Assembly (NCBI GenBank): GCA_030141605.1
Contig: JAQGDQ010002375.1
Coordinates: forward strand, 434,001 to 498,000
DNA length: 64,000 nucleotides
Direction of reading: 5' to 3'
Source: Tubiluchus corallicola
Lineage: Eukaryota; Animalia; Priapulida
A model generated the notes under the pieces. That model was not told the origin of the DNA, made no database searches, and worked only from the letters and a program-made list of their open reading frames with translations. The translations under genes were made by a program, and so were the position numbers. Below are positions 1 through 20,610 of the stretch, one piece after another (within the stretch, counting starts at the first letter, position 1; every line of letters starts with the position of its first letter).

Positions 1-2332
1 TATTTTTGTTGTGTCACGAAATAGCCTCGATTAAATGCGTATTGGGTGAGTTTGAAATGCAGATTAACAGCTTCGAAGTTTATGGTTACTGATTTGCAAC
101 GAGATGGATCGTCGCCTTTTACAATGAACAACATGATTTCTGCTCAAAGTCGTAAGTTATGTACTTTGGAAGGTGACTTTCCTGTTATAGGAGACGAGAA
201 TTTAGTTTGACCTGCGGTACAAAATGTTTATCGCGTTTTCTCTCTTGTCTAATCTCCATACACATAATATGATAAATGAAATCTTGTATACATCACTGCC
301 AAATCTGCTTGACAATGTCTTCATCTGGACAAGCGGAACACGTACGCTTCCGAAGTATGTTGTTGCAGTGGTGTTAGCAGCTTTATCTCCATCGTCCTGG
401 TCGCTTTATCTCCACAATTTTGGTAGCTTTGTCTCTATGATCGTGACAGCTTTGCCTCCATTACCGAATTATAGGCCTTCTGATGTTCTACTGTGTTCGC
501 AATTAATTTGTTGCCGAAAAACGAGATCACAATGAGGTTCGTTTCCTTTCTTCTTCAGAAAATCGCTGAATCGTATAATGCTCATAGGTACCGCTATTTG
601 CCTGTCCATTTGAGGAGTATAATAATAATCAGCTCAAGACCCATCCCAGCCGGATCCTTTGAGAAGAATCTTGTAACTATTCTTATTTTCATTAAATACG
701 GTAAACAAAAGTTTTTGATAAGCCTTGTGCGCATTAACTGTATAACTAACTGGGTAAGATGCAGTGTCACTGTGACAAAATATTTTGGTTCCGTTAATTT
801 TTCAGTTTAATTTATTCAAGAAAATGCATTCATGGGAAAATCTTATTACAAATTATTATACTTTTCCTGTTCTTCGCCAGTTCGTTTATGCATTTATCTG
901 CTTTCTAGTTTAGATAAATTGCGCCGAATAAACGGTCATAAGGTTAGGAAACCGTTGGGTTGCTTGAGTTTCGAATTGTGTGCCAATAAAAACCACAACG
1001 TTTCTTTGCTAATAAACATAAACACTAGATTATAAGCATCTGATTCGCGACCATACAGTTCTGTGTAATGATATGTTACTGGAAATGTTAAACAAAATTA
1101 TGACTGATAACTTTTATCCACTACATGAAGAATTTAAGTTTCCCCCACACAAAGTAAGATTAAATATACCTTTTTCAAAAACAAATCACTTTAAATTTTC
1201 CCTTTTTCCCACTTCAATCAAAGCATTTAATTGAGCTCTAAACAGCTTTCTTTTTTCTTTTTTAAGGTTTATTCCAATTGTATCATTTAGATTTATGTGG
1301 ACAGTTGAATTTAAGTTACAATTGCGAATTTGTTGTGCTAATTGCCTTTTGCTAATTTGTGCAAAACATAAACGATGAATTTCATGTATATCATGTGTCG
1401 TAAATATGACCAATAAAGATGTCTATGTCAATGTCTATGTATTTAATCTAAGAGATAGCTAGACTTGTCATAGACCTTTATTTTCAACAAACGTGAATGT
1501 CGGCATTATAATAACCCATTAATGCAGAGATAATGTCGATATGACTGAAACATTTTCACACATCTTCATCTGGGAAGTATAGAAAAGCCATTAACGTTTA
1601 AAAGCATGATAGCTTGATAGACAAATTTTCCAAGTTTTATTCCGACCTACAAACAATTATAGAAGACGAAAACAGAACCCTTTCAGTGACTCGGTTTCCT
1701 TTTCCTTCTTCTAATTTAACCCGATTCAAATTTAATTTAAGGCAATTAATTTTGTCTGATAGAAAAGTTCACACAATTGATATGAATATGTTAATCAAAC
1801 TGTTACATGTCTGCTGTCACGCGATCATTCCTAATAACTTTCTATGAGAGTTGTGCTCGTTCAGGTTTTCAGTGCATTTACATAATTTCGACAAGAAATT
1901 TACTTTATTTAATTTTTTATACCAAAAGCTCTCATTTAAATTTAATGTCGATAGCAATTGTAAGCTCCAGGAATATAGAGAATTCTTTATCAACTGATTT
2001 TGGTATAATACTGGTGCTGGACTTCATCATAACTTTTGACTTGACCTACATTCTACAAAAGTAAATCTACACGAGAAACATAAAACGCCTTGTTTTAGAC
2101 GAAATCAGATAATACAAATACTAGCTTTCCTTTTCAACTGCGGGCCGGTGTGTTGCAATGGCAGCGCATAATCATGTTGCATTTATTTTACCGTATAGAG
2201 CTATTGTTGTTGCAGATACGCGGTGGCCTGCAGTTCAAAAGGGAGTCTTGCACTTGTCGTTGCAGCAAAATATTTGAAACTATAATGTGTTTAAAAATAA
2301 TCGATAAATGTTTGTTTTCTGTTTTGTTTCAG

Positions 2333-8991
<6,659 letters not shown>

Positions 8992-9455
8992 GTCAAATAG
9001 CCAAGCAGCTATGCTGTTTCAGTGTTTCTAACATTGAAGCTTCAGTGATCTCAGGAAATGTTTAGTTTTTGTTGCTGTAGTTGAAGAAAATGCAACAACT
9101 ACACAGAGACTGGAAATGATCTCACTTTGTTTTTATGAAGAAAATAAGCGTTTCTGTAAGACGAGTATATGTAGGCCTGTCTCCAAAGCGATATCAAGAA
9201 TTAACGACATTGGTAGTCCATCAGCTTTCGCCATAGCGTAGTCGTAGCCATTGCACGAACATCACAATTACATTTTCTTTGACCTCGTACAGAAGAATTC
9301 TAGAAAAGAAATTAGCAACCGCAGATTAGATTAGTGGAAAATACGTTTATTTTTACCATGTTTTAATATGTACTTAACATTGCCATACAAATGCTCAAAC
9401 TAAATGATTATATATTTTCGTAAGCCACAATCGCCTTAATACTTAACTGATGACT

Positions 9456-9809
9456 GTGCCTTAAAACCAAAAAGCCTTCTAAATTTATAGCGTGCGAATT
9501 CTACAGTACTATGTTAACAGCGTTCACTTAATGTAATGCTAGTTTAATGTAGAATGTGCCTTCATTGGAAATACATTTCTCCCAAATCCCTCTACATTTT
9601 CTGTCTAATGTTAAAACCTGCATTATTGTATAACTATTATTTTATGCATTTTGAGAAAAGTGCTGAATGTGTGAATGCCTCTGTATACTCTTTTGACCTG
9701 TGAGGCTAAATATGCGGAAAATGAAGATTTTTAATTTTTGATTTTTGTATAAACGCTGGGCGTTGGTCTTGTGAAAAACAATCTATCAGAGAGTCCTTGG
9801 CTGTGCCTT
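9456..9809 (+). promoter_or_regulatory. three miR-124 seed-match sites in the SPDEF 3' UTR
   Basis: GTGCCTTA 9456-9463 (8mer), GTGCCTT 9556-9562 and GTGCCTT 9803-9809, complementary to miR-124 nt 2-8 (AAGGCAC). Confidence 0.6.
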
Positions 9810-10457
9810 TTTATCCTATTTGGTCCATTCTATCTAGACTTTAGACGTGTGCACTCATGTTTCTTAATCTTGCCACGATTAGCATGCACCTTGACCTCTA
9901 CAATTATTCTTGCTCTTCTGTTTTTTTAAGTAGAAAATGGTGTCTTGGGGAACTTCAACACAGTCCAATTTCTTCTTCGCTATATTACTTATGATAGTAC
10001 TATTTGGATATTATTTTTTCATGTCGTGATGTGCATGTATATTATTTATTTTAGTATGTAGTTAATCATTGACGTTCAGTAGTATCCTTGTATTTATTTT
10101 TAACAGAAACCCTTTTGCTGATAAGAGTTAATTGACCGTATAGTTGAATTACAAAGATATCTATATTATAATATTTGATTGTAGTTACATTATTTATTAT
10201 TTGATTTGTCGAAGTTTATCAACTAAATATTGTCGAAATTTGTTTTGTCTTTAGTAATACCATTAACCATCTAAATCTTGGTCGTTATGAAAGCGTGTTA
10301 TAATTATTATTATGATGATTGTAATGTTGATTGAGTGTCTTTATAGAAACATCGAATCTTTCAGACTAATCGTGATAATGAGAGTTTCTATAATCGGCTT
10401 TATGAAATTTGTTAAACGGGCTGGTCTCGTTAAATGTCTAATTATCTATTATCATGA

Positions 10458-10463
10458 AATAAA
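10458..10463 (+). terminator. candidate polyadenylation signal of SPDEF
   Basis: AATAAA after about 1.5 kb of U-rich sequence, with GT-rich sequence downstream (ttgtaatttgtggtatgtg). Confidence 0.55.
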
Positions 10464-13400
10464 TATTTACGAATGCATATTTGTAATTTGTGGTATGTGA
10501 AACAATATACGCATACTTTCTGTTCAGTTTAACATGTATGTATATCGAAATAGCCGCAAATGAAACTACACCAATTGCGTATGCAGCAAAGTCGATTTAA
10601 TATTTTAATTTGAAAGGCTAAAATCAAAATTAAGTAAAGAATTTTATGTTTATGTCATTTACATTATGTATGTATTAGCATTTATTTTATAATATTTACG
10701 TCGATGGTATTAAAGCTGACGCACACCAGCGGCATAATGCTTTCGGCATGTAAAAGTAAAAGCAAAATATGCACGTGTCATCAAATGACTTTAGGATGCC
10801 TTTGGTGTAAGTCAGCCTTTAATGGTGTAAGCCGTGTAGCCAATAAGACAATAAACGGCTACGTTGCACAAGTTCATTACAGGTATATTATATGTGTGAT
10901 GATAGTAACTAGGCTGAGAACTACATCAACCTATAGGCTGTTTAGCAGGAAATGATTAGACCTAACTGGATCGCTTTAGGCGTAACTTTATTGGACATCA
11001 TCTACTTATTAAGAGTATCTGTCTCGTTTTTTTCGTCCAAAATTGTCAAGTAAGGATTTTAACTAAACCGTTTTGGTGTGAGTAGGCAATTTAAAAATCG
11101 TTACTAAGTTACCAGAAATTTTATTGTCGAAAAAAATCAGTGTCTGATTTTGTCAAGTTCGACTCCTTGGAAAAATGTAATGGGGGAATATCATACAGTT
11201 AATTTTTGTGAAAATCTTTTGGTACTTGGGCCAATGGTGCGCTAAATTTCCAAGAATTGCCAGCAGATTTGAAACTCACAATATTAAAAAATTTTTAAAA
11301 TGGTTCTATTGTAAAATCAAAACCGCAACGTTACTTTAGTAGTTAAATCAGCGCGTGTTTATATTAGTCAGAGTATACCAATGACCCGTCACACCTGTTT
11401 TCTCTAATCATAAATTGTCTATTTGCCGAAAAGTTAAGTGGTACCAATAAAACATTTCCACTTGCTGTAGTAATTCTCTGTAAAAGATCGGAAAGCCTCC
11501 AATAACAGAGTTTTACTGAAGCGCAGTTTCCTATAAATCAGCAAATGTGATGTCGTGGTAACATAAAACTTTTTTTGAAATTTTCAAGCCCTACTGTATA
11601 TTATTTTGCTTTAATAATCACACGCGCGCAAGTTTAACGTTGCATTTAAATTTTCAAAATCATAAATAATTTTTTGTCGGTGAAGGTTTCTGCATAGACA
11701 TGTGGATATCAGGTGTTTCTTTAACTGAATCACTATTCTAGGAACATCCCACGAAGGCCCTCCTCTTGCGAACAATTTGCCAAAATCTTTCTACTCCAAA
11801 ATACCGCGGATTCTGGCGCAAAACAGAGCTGGCTTGGTGTTTTATGTTGCTTGCTGTGATGGCTGGAATTGTTGTTATGTTTAGAGATTAAGACGCCGTC
11901 TGGGCGTGAAAAAAACTGAAAATTATGCGCGAAGTTAAATTAGGAAGCTGTTCATACTGCGGGAACACACGTTGAAAGAACTGAAGATAAAATAATGGAA
12001 AAATTATTCAAAATTTTCAAGTAATAGCATCATAATTAGACTTGACTTTTCACTCTTTATTGCGGAAGTTAGGCAAAATTGTTCGTTACTTGCGACAAAG
12101 ACTGTGGTCAGTTCAAACAAAGTTTTGATGTAAATCACAAATTTTAATTCATTAGTAACTAAACATGTGTGAAAATGAACGTTAAAGACACGTGTGCGTG
12201 GTTTTTCTCTATAAAATGATGCGTGCACGCCCGGCGGTAATGCGAGATGACTTACGCAATTTTATACTTCTGGTACTTTACTCTACCTGCCACTGTTGAG
12301 TCAGAATGACCGCCGGGCAAGAAGAAAAATTTCCAGTATCATTGCAGTGCCGAGTTAAGCAATGCCTCCGCAAAAGCAGTTTCTCAAGCAGTAAACAATA
12401 CTTGCCGTGTCCGCTCTAAATTAGTAAATCTTATATAACTTTATCATTTGTTACAATCATAAAAACATTAATGTTTCAATTTTATTAATATTTTCTGGTT
12501 TAATCAAATTGATTCGTTAGTCATATAATAATGTCATTTCTTCTATCAACTGATATTTTAATGAGGCTGCAGTTATTTCCTGGCAACCATGAACTTCTAA
12601 AAATAATGTAATTTAATCAAAAAAAGTAGAAAAGAAAACAAAAAAGAAAAAGAAACAGTCAACCGTCACAAGGAGCACGTGCTGTCAGCAGTTTTTCTTT
12701 TATAGCTTTATTCATTTCAGCCAAATTTAACTAGCTGGTCTCAAAGTAGTGTAAAATTCGAAATTACTTATTTAAATGATATGATAACTGTATATGACAA
12801 ATATATTCGATAACTATTTATGGGTAAACTAGACAATTTTAAGCATGATTAATTGTAATATCTTATAACACATAATTATGTAATCCTGTGGAACCCGTCC
12901 TAATTTCGATCAACTATGTAACGTACCAAAAGCATAATTTGGCCTGTGATGTGAAAAGATTGTAGCAGTTCTCAGCATAGTGATTGCCTTAGATTTAACA
13001 GGTAATAAAATTATAAACGTAATTATATAGTAATTAACCTATTCATTTTGATAGTACATCCATTTTCATGTAGGATGAATGAGTGTATGTTCTAGGAACA
13101 TTGTAAGAATTATTTATGTTGTAGGTATGGAGTTCTAGTACTGTACAATTTGTAATCACTGATGTATCTGTTTATAATTTGTTTCATAAGTTTCCAAATG
13201 TTTAATTTTTTAGGCCTACAATGTAACATGTTATGGTAATAATAAAATTTTGGTTAGCAGATACTATATTTCGATACTGTAACTTTTTTATCAAATTATG
13301 CGTTTCCAATTTTGCTTATGAATCAGTTCTAAAATAAGAAAAATGATACCCAGTGCCAATGCCTTGATATAACTTTTTGCGTTGCAGCATTATCGAAAAT

Positions 13401-14805
13401 GTCAAAAATCTACATTTGTGATTTCAAGTGAGTCTACTGTTCTAGAAAAACTCATTCAGTTCCAATGTAGGAAAAGCTTTTTTGGGAGCAACATTCAGCA
13501 CATGCATCAATGCCGTATATGCATAACAGTTATATCGATCTATTGACACATCGACTTTCATTGCGCCATTTACTTCAAGGAAAGGACAAGTCATTTGGCA
13601 TGTTGGGTTTATTTTACTGTTAACACTTAAACTAGAAAAATATAACAAAGTAATTTACAAAAAGACTGTCCATAAAGCCTAAAGTTAATTTATACTACCT
13701 CTGTATTGAAATTTTCAGGCGCGGTGCTAGCCGCCATTAACTTGAAAATTATGACGTAACTGTTGAACTTTCGCAAGCGCATCGTAGCTTTCTCTAAGCG
13801 CATGTTGCTTAAACTAAATCTAACTTCTGCAACTTATTTAATATAGAGCAAAAATATCACAATAGTAGCTACCTAATTTTTGGTAAAAACTTATTTCACT
13901 TTTGACGGAAACTGACAGTGCGCTGCTTTTCTTCAGTCGATGAACGACGTCATTGGTGGAAGAATGGGCGTTCAAAATGGAAACGCTCAAGTGTGAAATG
14001 ATCACAACTTTAAAATGATTGTACTAATTACACAAGGCTATTATCACACTTTTGTTACTATATCTTCTAACGCTTTTCGCGACCATTGAAATAAGCCTAA
14101 CTTCCCAGAAGGCTGGGCCTTCCCTTTCAACCAATCCAGGGTAAAATAATTACCAGTTAAAAGATCCATTTTCATGACCCCTATATGCAAACATGGTCAA
14201 ATTGTTCTGGAGTTTTCAACAAAATGTCACAGATTACAATCATTACATACATTCAACAACTATGCCGCTATGCTGTTTGAAAATGTTCCCACACAATGGA
14301 GCAACAACATATGTACTTTACTGCAATGTAAGACATACTTCGTACATCTTCATAATGCATTGCGATGATGATTGGTAATCCATTCGACGAGAGAAAGCCG
14401 CTAAACAAACTAAAAACAAAACATTTTAATCTTTCTTTTTGTAATGATTGCCATCCATTCAGGAGCAAAGCTTTCATCTCACCGCGTAAAAAACCCTAGT
14501 AACCTTTCCTACTTGTGCTGATAGTTTGTGATGCTAATGCTGGTATTTAGCTTGTAAAACATAAGTGGTAGAGAGAGTGACGGGTAAATAAAAAGGGTAA
14601 ACTCAAGACGCCAACCCGACTACTGGCTGATGTGTGCAGTGTGTGGGAATGACATTAATGAACTGAACGCAAGATTTAAGTTAAAACGTTTTCTAGCATC
14701 TGTGTACCTTGTCTAATTATTTTCTAACTAAAGACAGACAATTTTAAATTACCGTAATCTCCACATATAACCACAATGTACCAACATGCAAGCACTTCTA
14801 GTAGC

Positions 14806-14956
<151 letters not shown>

Positions 14957-15529
14957 TGTTAACTAAGAATTAACTAGAATTATAAGCATACAAACACAAT
15001 TTCGCATTCGCCTCAGCAGTTCTTCACTGCTATATGCATTTCGCCATTCGTTAGTTAAACGGGCAGTAGCTACTGCATTTAGGAAAGCGTTGTACAAAAA
15101 ACTCTCAGTTCAGACAGACACAGACAGTTCTACACACGTTCGACAGCTCATGCGTGAGTACAGCGGTAAATTTGAAATTTGAATTTTTACCTTAAAACTT
15201 ACCGAGTCTTAGTACAACACACTATATCTTACAGTAGCACTGTAGTTTAATTTTCGCTTTCGCAAATACCCGCAACACGCTCATGGAATGTCTTTGATGT
15301 TGAAAATTATGTTAGTTTGTGATGTCATCACTAGTTGGGCTCCCCGCCGTTAATTAAGATTTTAATTTATTACTTAGAAACGCTTTTGCAGTATTATTAG
15401 TGTTAAAATGTATACTTTTTTAGTTTTTCACCGTACTTGAAAATGCGGTAGTACATGAAAAATCATCCTGTTTTCCTCTAAGCCAACCAATTTCACCATT
15501 TGCAATCCCAATTGTGGACTGCTTTGACC

Positions 15530-15612
15530 ACTGGAGAGTAAGGCTTCTGTTTCTGATCTAAAGCTTCTGTTTTGCAAGCAAAAGGTCCTGGTTCAAATCC
15601 AGGCTGTATTTC
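15530..15612 (+). mobile_element. tRNA-like SINE head fragment
   Basis: aaggtcctggttcaaatccagg forms a T-arm with a B box (ggttcaaatcc); no complete cloverleaf. Confidence 0.4.
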
Positions 15613-18600
15613 CACATACAAACTTTTTCACATTTCTCGTCTTTCAAGTTTGGCAGCGAAATTAAATTCATCGTGTTGTTTGTACTATGTTATCCAACTG
15701 AGTCTAAAAATTAAAGTTTCATTGTGGTAAACATACTGTTATGGTTATGCATGTAAAATATGTCCTGAATGTTAAAAATGTGCAGCCTGCGGTTTCGCAT
15801 TCCAGCGTGAATAATCAGAATTTAAAACTGACTTAAGTTGTATTTAATTTGATTGAGTCATCCAGAATAAAAATGTTTCAAAATGTATAATACACGTTTC
15901 GCAATCTAATTAAATTTTAGTCAAACAAATTGGCCGAAACAAGTGAAATGCGAAAAAATCTGAACTAAATCTGGATTGAAGCCGAGGCGTTTTTGGCAAA
16001 CCTAAGATTTGAAACCACAATACAGTCCCTTGTGATCAAAGTAATGAGTTAGATTTAATAGCCTATTTCAGTACGGGTTGGCGGTCTGGGTTTTCAGGCG
16101 CAGTTTCTTTGTTTCATCTAATATATTTAATAGTAATTCATAGTTGATAACTTTGTAATTAAGATTATATATATATATATATATACACAAATATATATGT
16201 ATATGTATACAGCTCAAGCAAAAAGTTTATAAACAGAATCAACTCCATGAGTTGTACCCTTGGTCTGTGGAGTACCTAAATCGTAATATTCATTAAATTT
16301 ATCTTTTAACAGGTACCTATAAGTAGTCTTGGTTCTTTGTGCTTTTACTCGTAATCTTTTAATTAGCCCTTTTGTCTGTAAAATTTTGCTTTGTGCTGTA
16401 TATACGTTTTGTCCTGCTTTCACATTTTATACTTTTTTGTAAATATGTTTAATATTTCTAAATAAAGATTACATATTAAACTATTAAACTGAACTATTAG
16501 TAATTAGTAATAAGTAATTAGTAAAAACAAATATTTCAGGTATAACGGTAATGGTTTATCAACATTCTAGGTCTCACAGTCATAATTTAATTAAAAACAA
16601 ATATTTATTAATCATTTCCTATTTTAAAAAGTAATAAATAATCTTGATTGTATGACAAACATCATTATCATTATTGAGGTGAACGGTCACAACTTTTGAT
16701 CTAGGAGCTTACAGAACTGAGGATGAGAAACATTGGAGTTTGTAATAACTAACATTTAAAAAAGCTATATACGAGTTTGCTTAATAGGTGAGTGGCACTA
16801 TTTTCTCATTTCTTTTTTGTATTCCAAAAAATTGGACAAAAGCTGGCCGTTCCCTGTTTGTCGGCGTCTCGGTGTCAAAATCGCACGCCATATTTAAGCA
16901 GTATTATTTTAGCTCGTGCATATTTACCGTTTTCTTCCTATAAAAGCCATTCTGACAGCTTTAAACTATTTAACTCTGTGATTTATGGCGCAGAACGTAT
17001 CACTGTGCGTGTTTGCTTAGGGACAGGTTGATGTGCATGCGTGTACCCGTGAGCGCTCATCTGAGACCCACAGTCGCTTGCTGACTTAGCAGCAAAATTC
17101 AAGATTTCTAGAAATTTAATTGTTATTGTGTAGGTATTTGCTGACATCAGCCAGGAAATGGTCACTCTTTTATAGTGTTTAAATAGAAGACTGGCGTCTT
17201 AATGGGTTTTCACGACGTTCAACTAACTTTGCAAATATTGTATTCACAGTACGTCGCAAATCAATCCATGTTGTTTAAAAATGATTTGAGCTGCCTTTAT
17301 TTCACCTACCACAGTAAAGAGTTACAGTGCAGCACTCTAAGTTTAGAGCCAAACTGATCTATGTAAACACATGCTATTACGAAGTTGCCACATCATATAG
17401 TAACTACAAGTCTTTACTGTACTGTGACAGGGCTTGGAGGACTTCCGATATGTACATGATTTAAAAACGCGGGCTGTGGTATAGGCCAAAGGTCTTACTG
17501 CGAACAACAACAGACAAAAAGTGGAAAAGGGGGAAAATTGGGAAGAACTACGATCACAACACATTATAAGCTCGAAATAAAAGCAATAACAAGTGACAAA
17601 TCTATGTTTAATAATAATCGATGAAAATGATACAAACACACAAATTAAACTGCTTGATAAAATGCCTAAAACTGTGCCATTTTTACTTTTTATACTAAAC
17701 GTTTTATTTTCGAATAGTAGACCTTGAATAACATTCAAATGTACTTTTTAACACTGACAGTTCGATAAAAAAGTAGGGCTATGCAGTTTATTACCAAGAA
17801 AATCAAAATTTATGCCAGGTACCACTCCCTTCAGGGATTGTACTGTTGGTGAGTGTAGCAGAAAGATGGCAGTTTGCAATTGCAAAGCAGCCAGATCGCG
17901 ATAGATTTCAAAAGTTTTCGCAAAGTTGCTTCTCATTATTTGTGACATGATAACCAACTACGGAAATTAAGAGAAAAGCTGAGAGCTCGGGGAGGATTTT
18001 AAACCGTTTTTAATGCAAAGGAACTTAGTAGTGGAACTTTTATCAATAAATAGGTGGTACAGCAAAAAAACCTAGGAACACTTTATTATGTTATAAAATA
18101 CTGCAACTTTACTAATGTGTAATTATATTATCTGTCAATTATAAATAACGCTATAGTGACAATAACTACTTGCAACCTGTCCGCACGACTCCACCTTTCG
18201 TCCATTTTTGTAGCCGCTACGAAAAATGCGTTTAACCTAAAAAATCGTAAATAATAACAATTTCATTTAATGTCTAATTTTATTTAAATGATCTGTTCTA
18301 TAACAAGTTTTGGTACTCTTGGTCGTGTTTAACTTCGATTTTTGCTGAATAAGAAAATCTAATTGAACATTAAAATGGGTGGGACAACTTAAACTCAGTG
18401 ATATGTTGATTCTTGCATTTTTATACGTTTGTACATTGTAGAATTGAATATTTGGGTTGTCGTGGTGTGAACAATGGATGACTGATGGTGGTAGTACATA
18501 ATCCATTACATAAGTCATGTACAAATGTAAACAGAATACATCTAATGTAAATACTACTTAGTGGCAATGTTTCATTTTGAAAACGAAGTATAACACGCGC

Positions 18601-18813
18601 CAGACAATGAACCAGGATCACGGTAACCAGGGGAGACGGTAATTTTTAGTGCACTTTTCTCCTGAGACCTGGACTATTCACAAACATGGTCGACAGGAAA
18701 AATTTTTCATTCGTCTGATGAAAACATTTATACGCACGTTTTACACATAATTGAATTATAATGGTAGTAAGTAATAGTAAAGTTTTTATTGCTGGCATTG
18801 CTCATGTGAACAG

Positions 18814-18912
18814 CAGTTAGTATACAATACAATATACTACAATATAATGACAGTTACTATACAATACAATGTACTACAATATAATAACAGTTACTATGCA
18901 ATACAATACTAT
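18814..18912. repeat. 37-bp minisatellite, about 2.7 copies
   Basis: Unit cagttactatacaatacaatgtactacaatataataa at 18814, 18851 and 18888. Confidence 0.85.
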
Positions 18913-20239
18913 ATAAGAAACAGAATAATATTACAAGAGCAAAAATTACGATAACAGCAAATAATACATCTTAGGTAATTCACACAACGGTTAGTTTAAG
19001 TATTTGATCAATCAAATATTATGATGAGCATTATAAGGATAAATCCAACAATTTTTAAATACACAGTAAACGAAATGGAGAAATGCGGTTTTTATGTGTT
19101 AGCAGGCCTACCTCGTCGGTAAAATATTAACAATAATCTTGCAGTCCTGCTGCATATATTTTCAATATTGTGTTTTTTATAAAGCTTAGACGAGTATAAT
19201 ATAATACCTATGTTTACCATACAACCGAATCTTAAAAGCAAGTTTAAGTCTAGACGTCAGTTTATTGACGTCTTTATAATTTATAATTCTTTGTTCTTTA
19301 GAGAATACAAATTAGGTATAGTGTGAGCAGTTATTATATTGGAAAAAGTTTACTTCACACAATAAAAACATTATAATTATTATATGCATTATAATGAAAC
19401 GTATAGAAATTTTAATTGACTTTCTGAATTCTATACTCGCTAACTGATAGAGTTGACCATTTTTTTAAACAAATTAATTGGATGAATTGCTGGATGAAAA
19501 TTCAAGTACTTTTTATTTTCATTCTCTCGTCCATTTCTCATTTCGGAATTTCTCATCGAACATGAACGGATGCAGAATGTGAGCAGAACCCTGTTATTTT
19601 CGTCATCACTAGCTTGTATACTAGCTTGTTACTTTTAAAAATCCCAGTTTATCATTACATTAGTGTTAGCATTTCTTAGTTAATGCTTTGTTATACAAAC
19701 AGAATATTATAAAGTACAGATTGGATTACGGAAAATGCTAGGCTATGTTATATATTGTTCTGTATGCACATGTACACATTGACATTGTATATAATAAATC
19801 TAATTTGATCCAATTTAATATTTTTATGTTTGATGAATAAGTGGCTTTCATATTATAAAAACGATAATAATTATTTGTTTCTCATGCGTTCACTGAAAGC
19901 TCCGATTAACTCAGCAAACCCAAAAGCTTGTCAGTTTTTTTAATGGACTACGTCTTTAAATGCACAAGGTGTCGCGTAATAATGAGGGCACCTTCTTCGG
20001 CATAGATACCGTAACATAATCTGATTAGTGAAGTCGATCTAAATGAATTGGGAATTCACCAGTCCTCAACACTGCCGAACACAGAGGATTGGAGCTATCC
20101 TAAAAAGCATAAATTAATGCTGAAATAGATTAGACTGTATATTTATTACACTGGTCGTGAATAAAGCTTAAACATTAGAGTGCAAGCAAAGGTTTTGCAC
20201 ATTGTCAATTGGGTATTGCAAAGTACACTATGCGAATAG

Positions 20240-20610
20240 GTAACGATCGAATGCCTGGAATAACGTAAATATTTTGTAACGGGAAACAGACATACACCGA
20301 ACGAAGATCTAGCACTGTCTGCATATTCAGATCCTACGATTGTTTTTGAGAACAACAGACTTTCTCTTGAAACCAAAGTTCTGATCCGTTCAGCTTTAGT
20401 TTAACGTGTATTTTCGTACAACGATGCTGAGCTACGGACAATGAAAGGTAAACAACAGAACGAAAATATTGAAGCTCCCAGCAGAAAATTATTGAGAATT
20501 AAAAGGCTCGACAGAATATCCAATGATGGTCTGTATGTTGTGGTGAAGAAGAATCCGTGGAGTAAACAAATCCAAGTAAGAAGACTGCATGTTAGGTCGG
20601 GCATGCACTA
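20240..20610 (+). mobile_element. decayed RTE-clade LINE, region C-terminal to the RT domain
   Basis: One frame reads VFENNRLSLETKVLIRSALV*RVFSYNDAELRTMK...RKLLRIKRLDRISNDGLY...KNPWSKQIQVRRL, matching the RTE pattern LSLxTKxxxYxALV..LLYG.E.WT...ILRIxWxDRISNxxLY...IxxRRL. Confidence 0.75.

Noticed and set aside
11720-11830. Minus-strand YFGVERFWQIVRKRR, vaguely chromodomain-like
   Set aside because: Lacks the YLVKW core and ends at a stop.
13442-13620. Plus-strand QCRKSFF...HMHQCRIC, vaguely FYVE or zinc-finger-like
   Set aside because: In-frame stop, no RRHHCR motif and no clear splice sites.
15530-15612. Functional tRNA gene (also 38863 and 54130)
   Set aside because: Only A/B-box or T-arm remnants; no complete cloverleaf, so treated as SINE heads.
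16214-16500. 69-aa minus-strand ORF
   Set aside because: No recognisable domain; the plus strand looks like a retroelement 3' end (AATAAA plus short repeats), too weak to call.
18814-18912. CRISPR-like 37-bp periodicity
   Set aside because: Head-to-tail repeats with no unique spacers, in a eukaryotic context.
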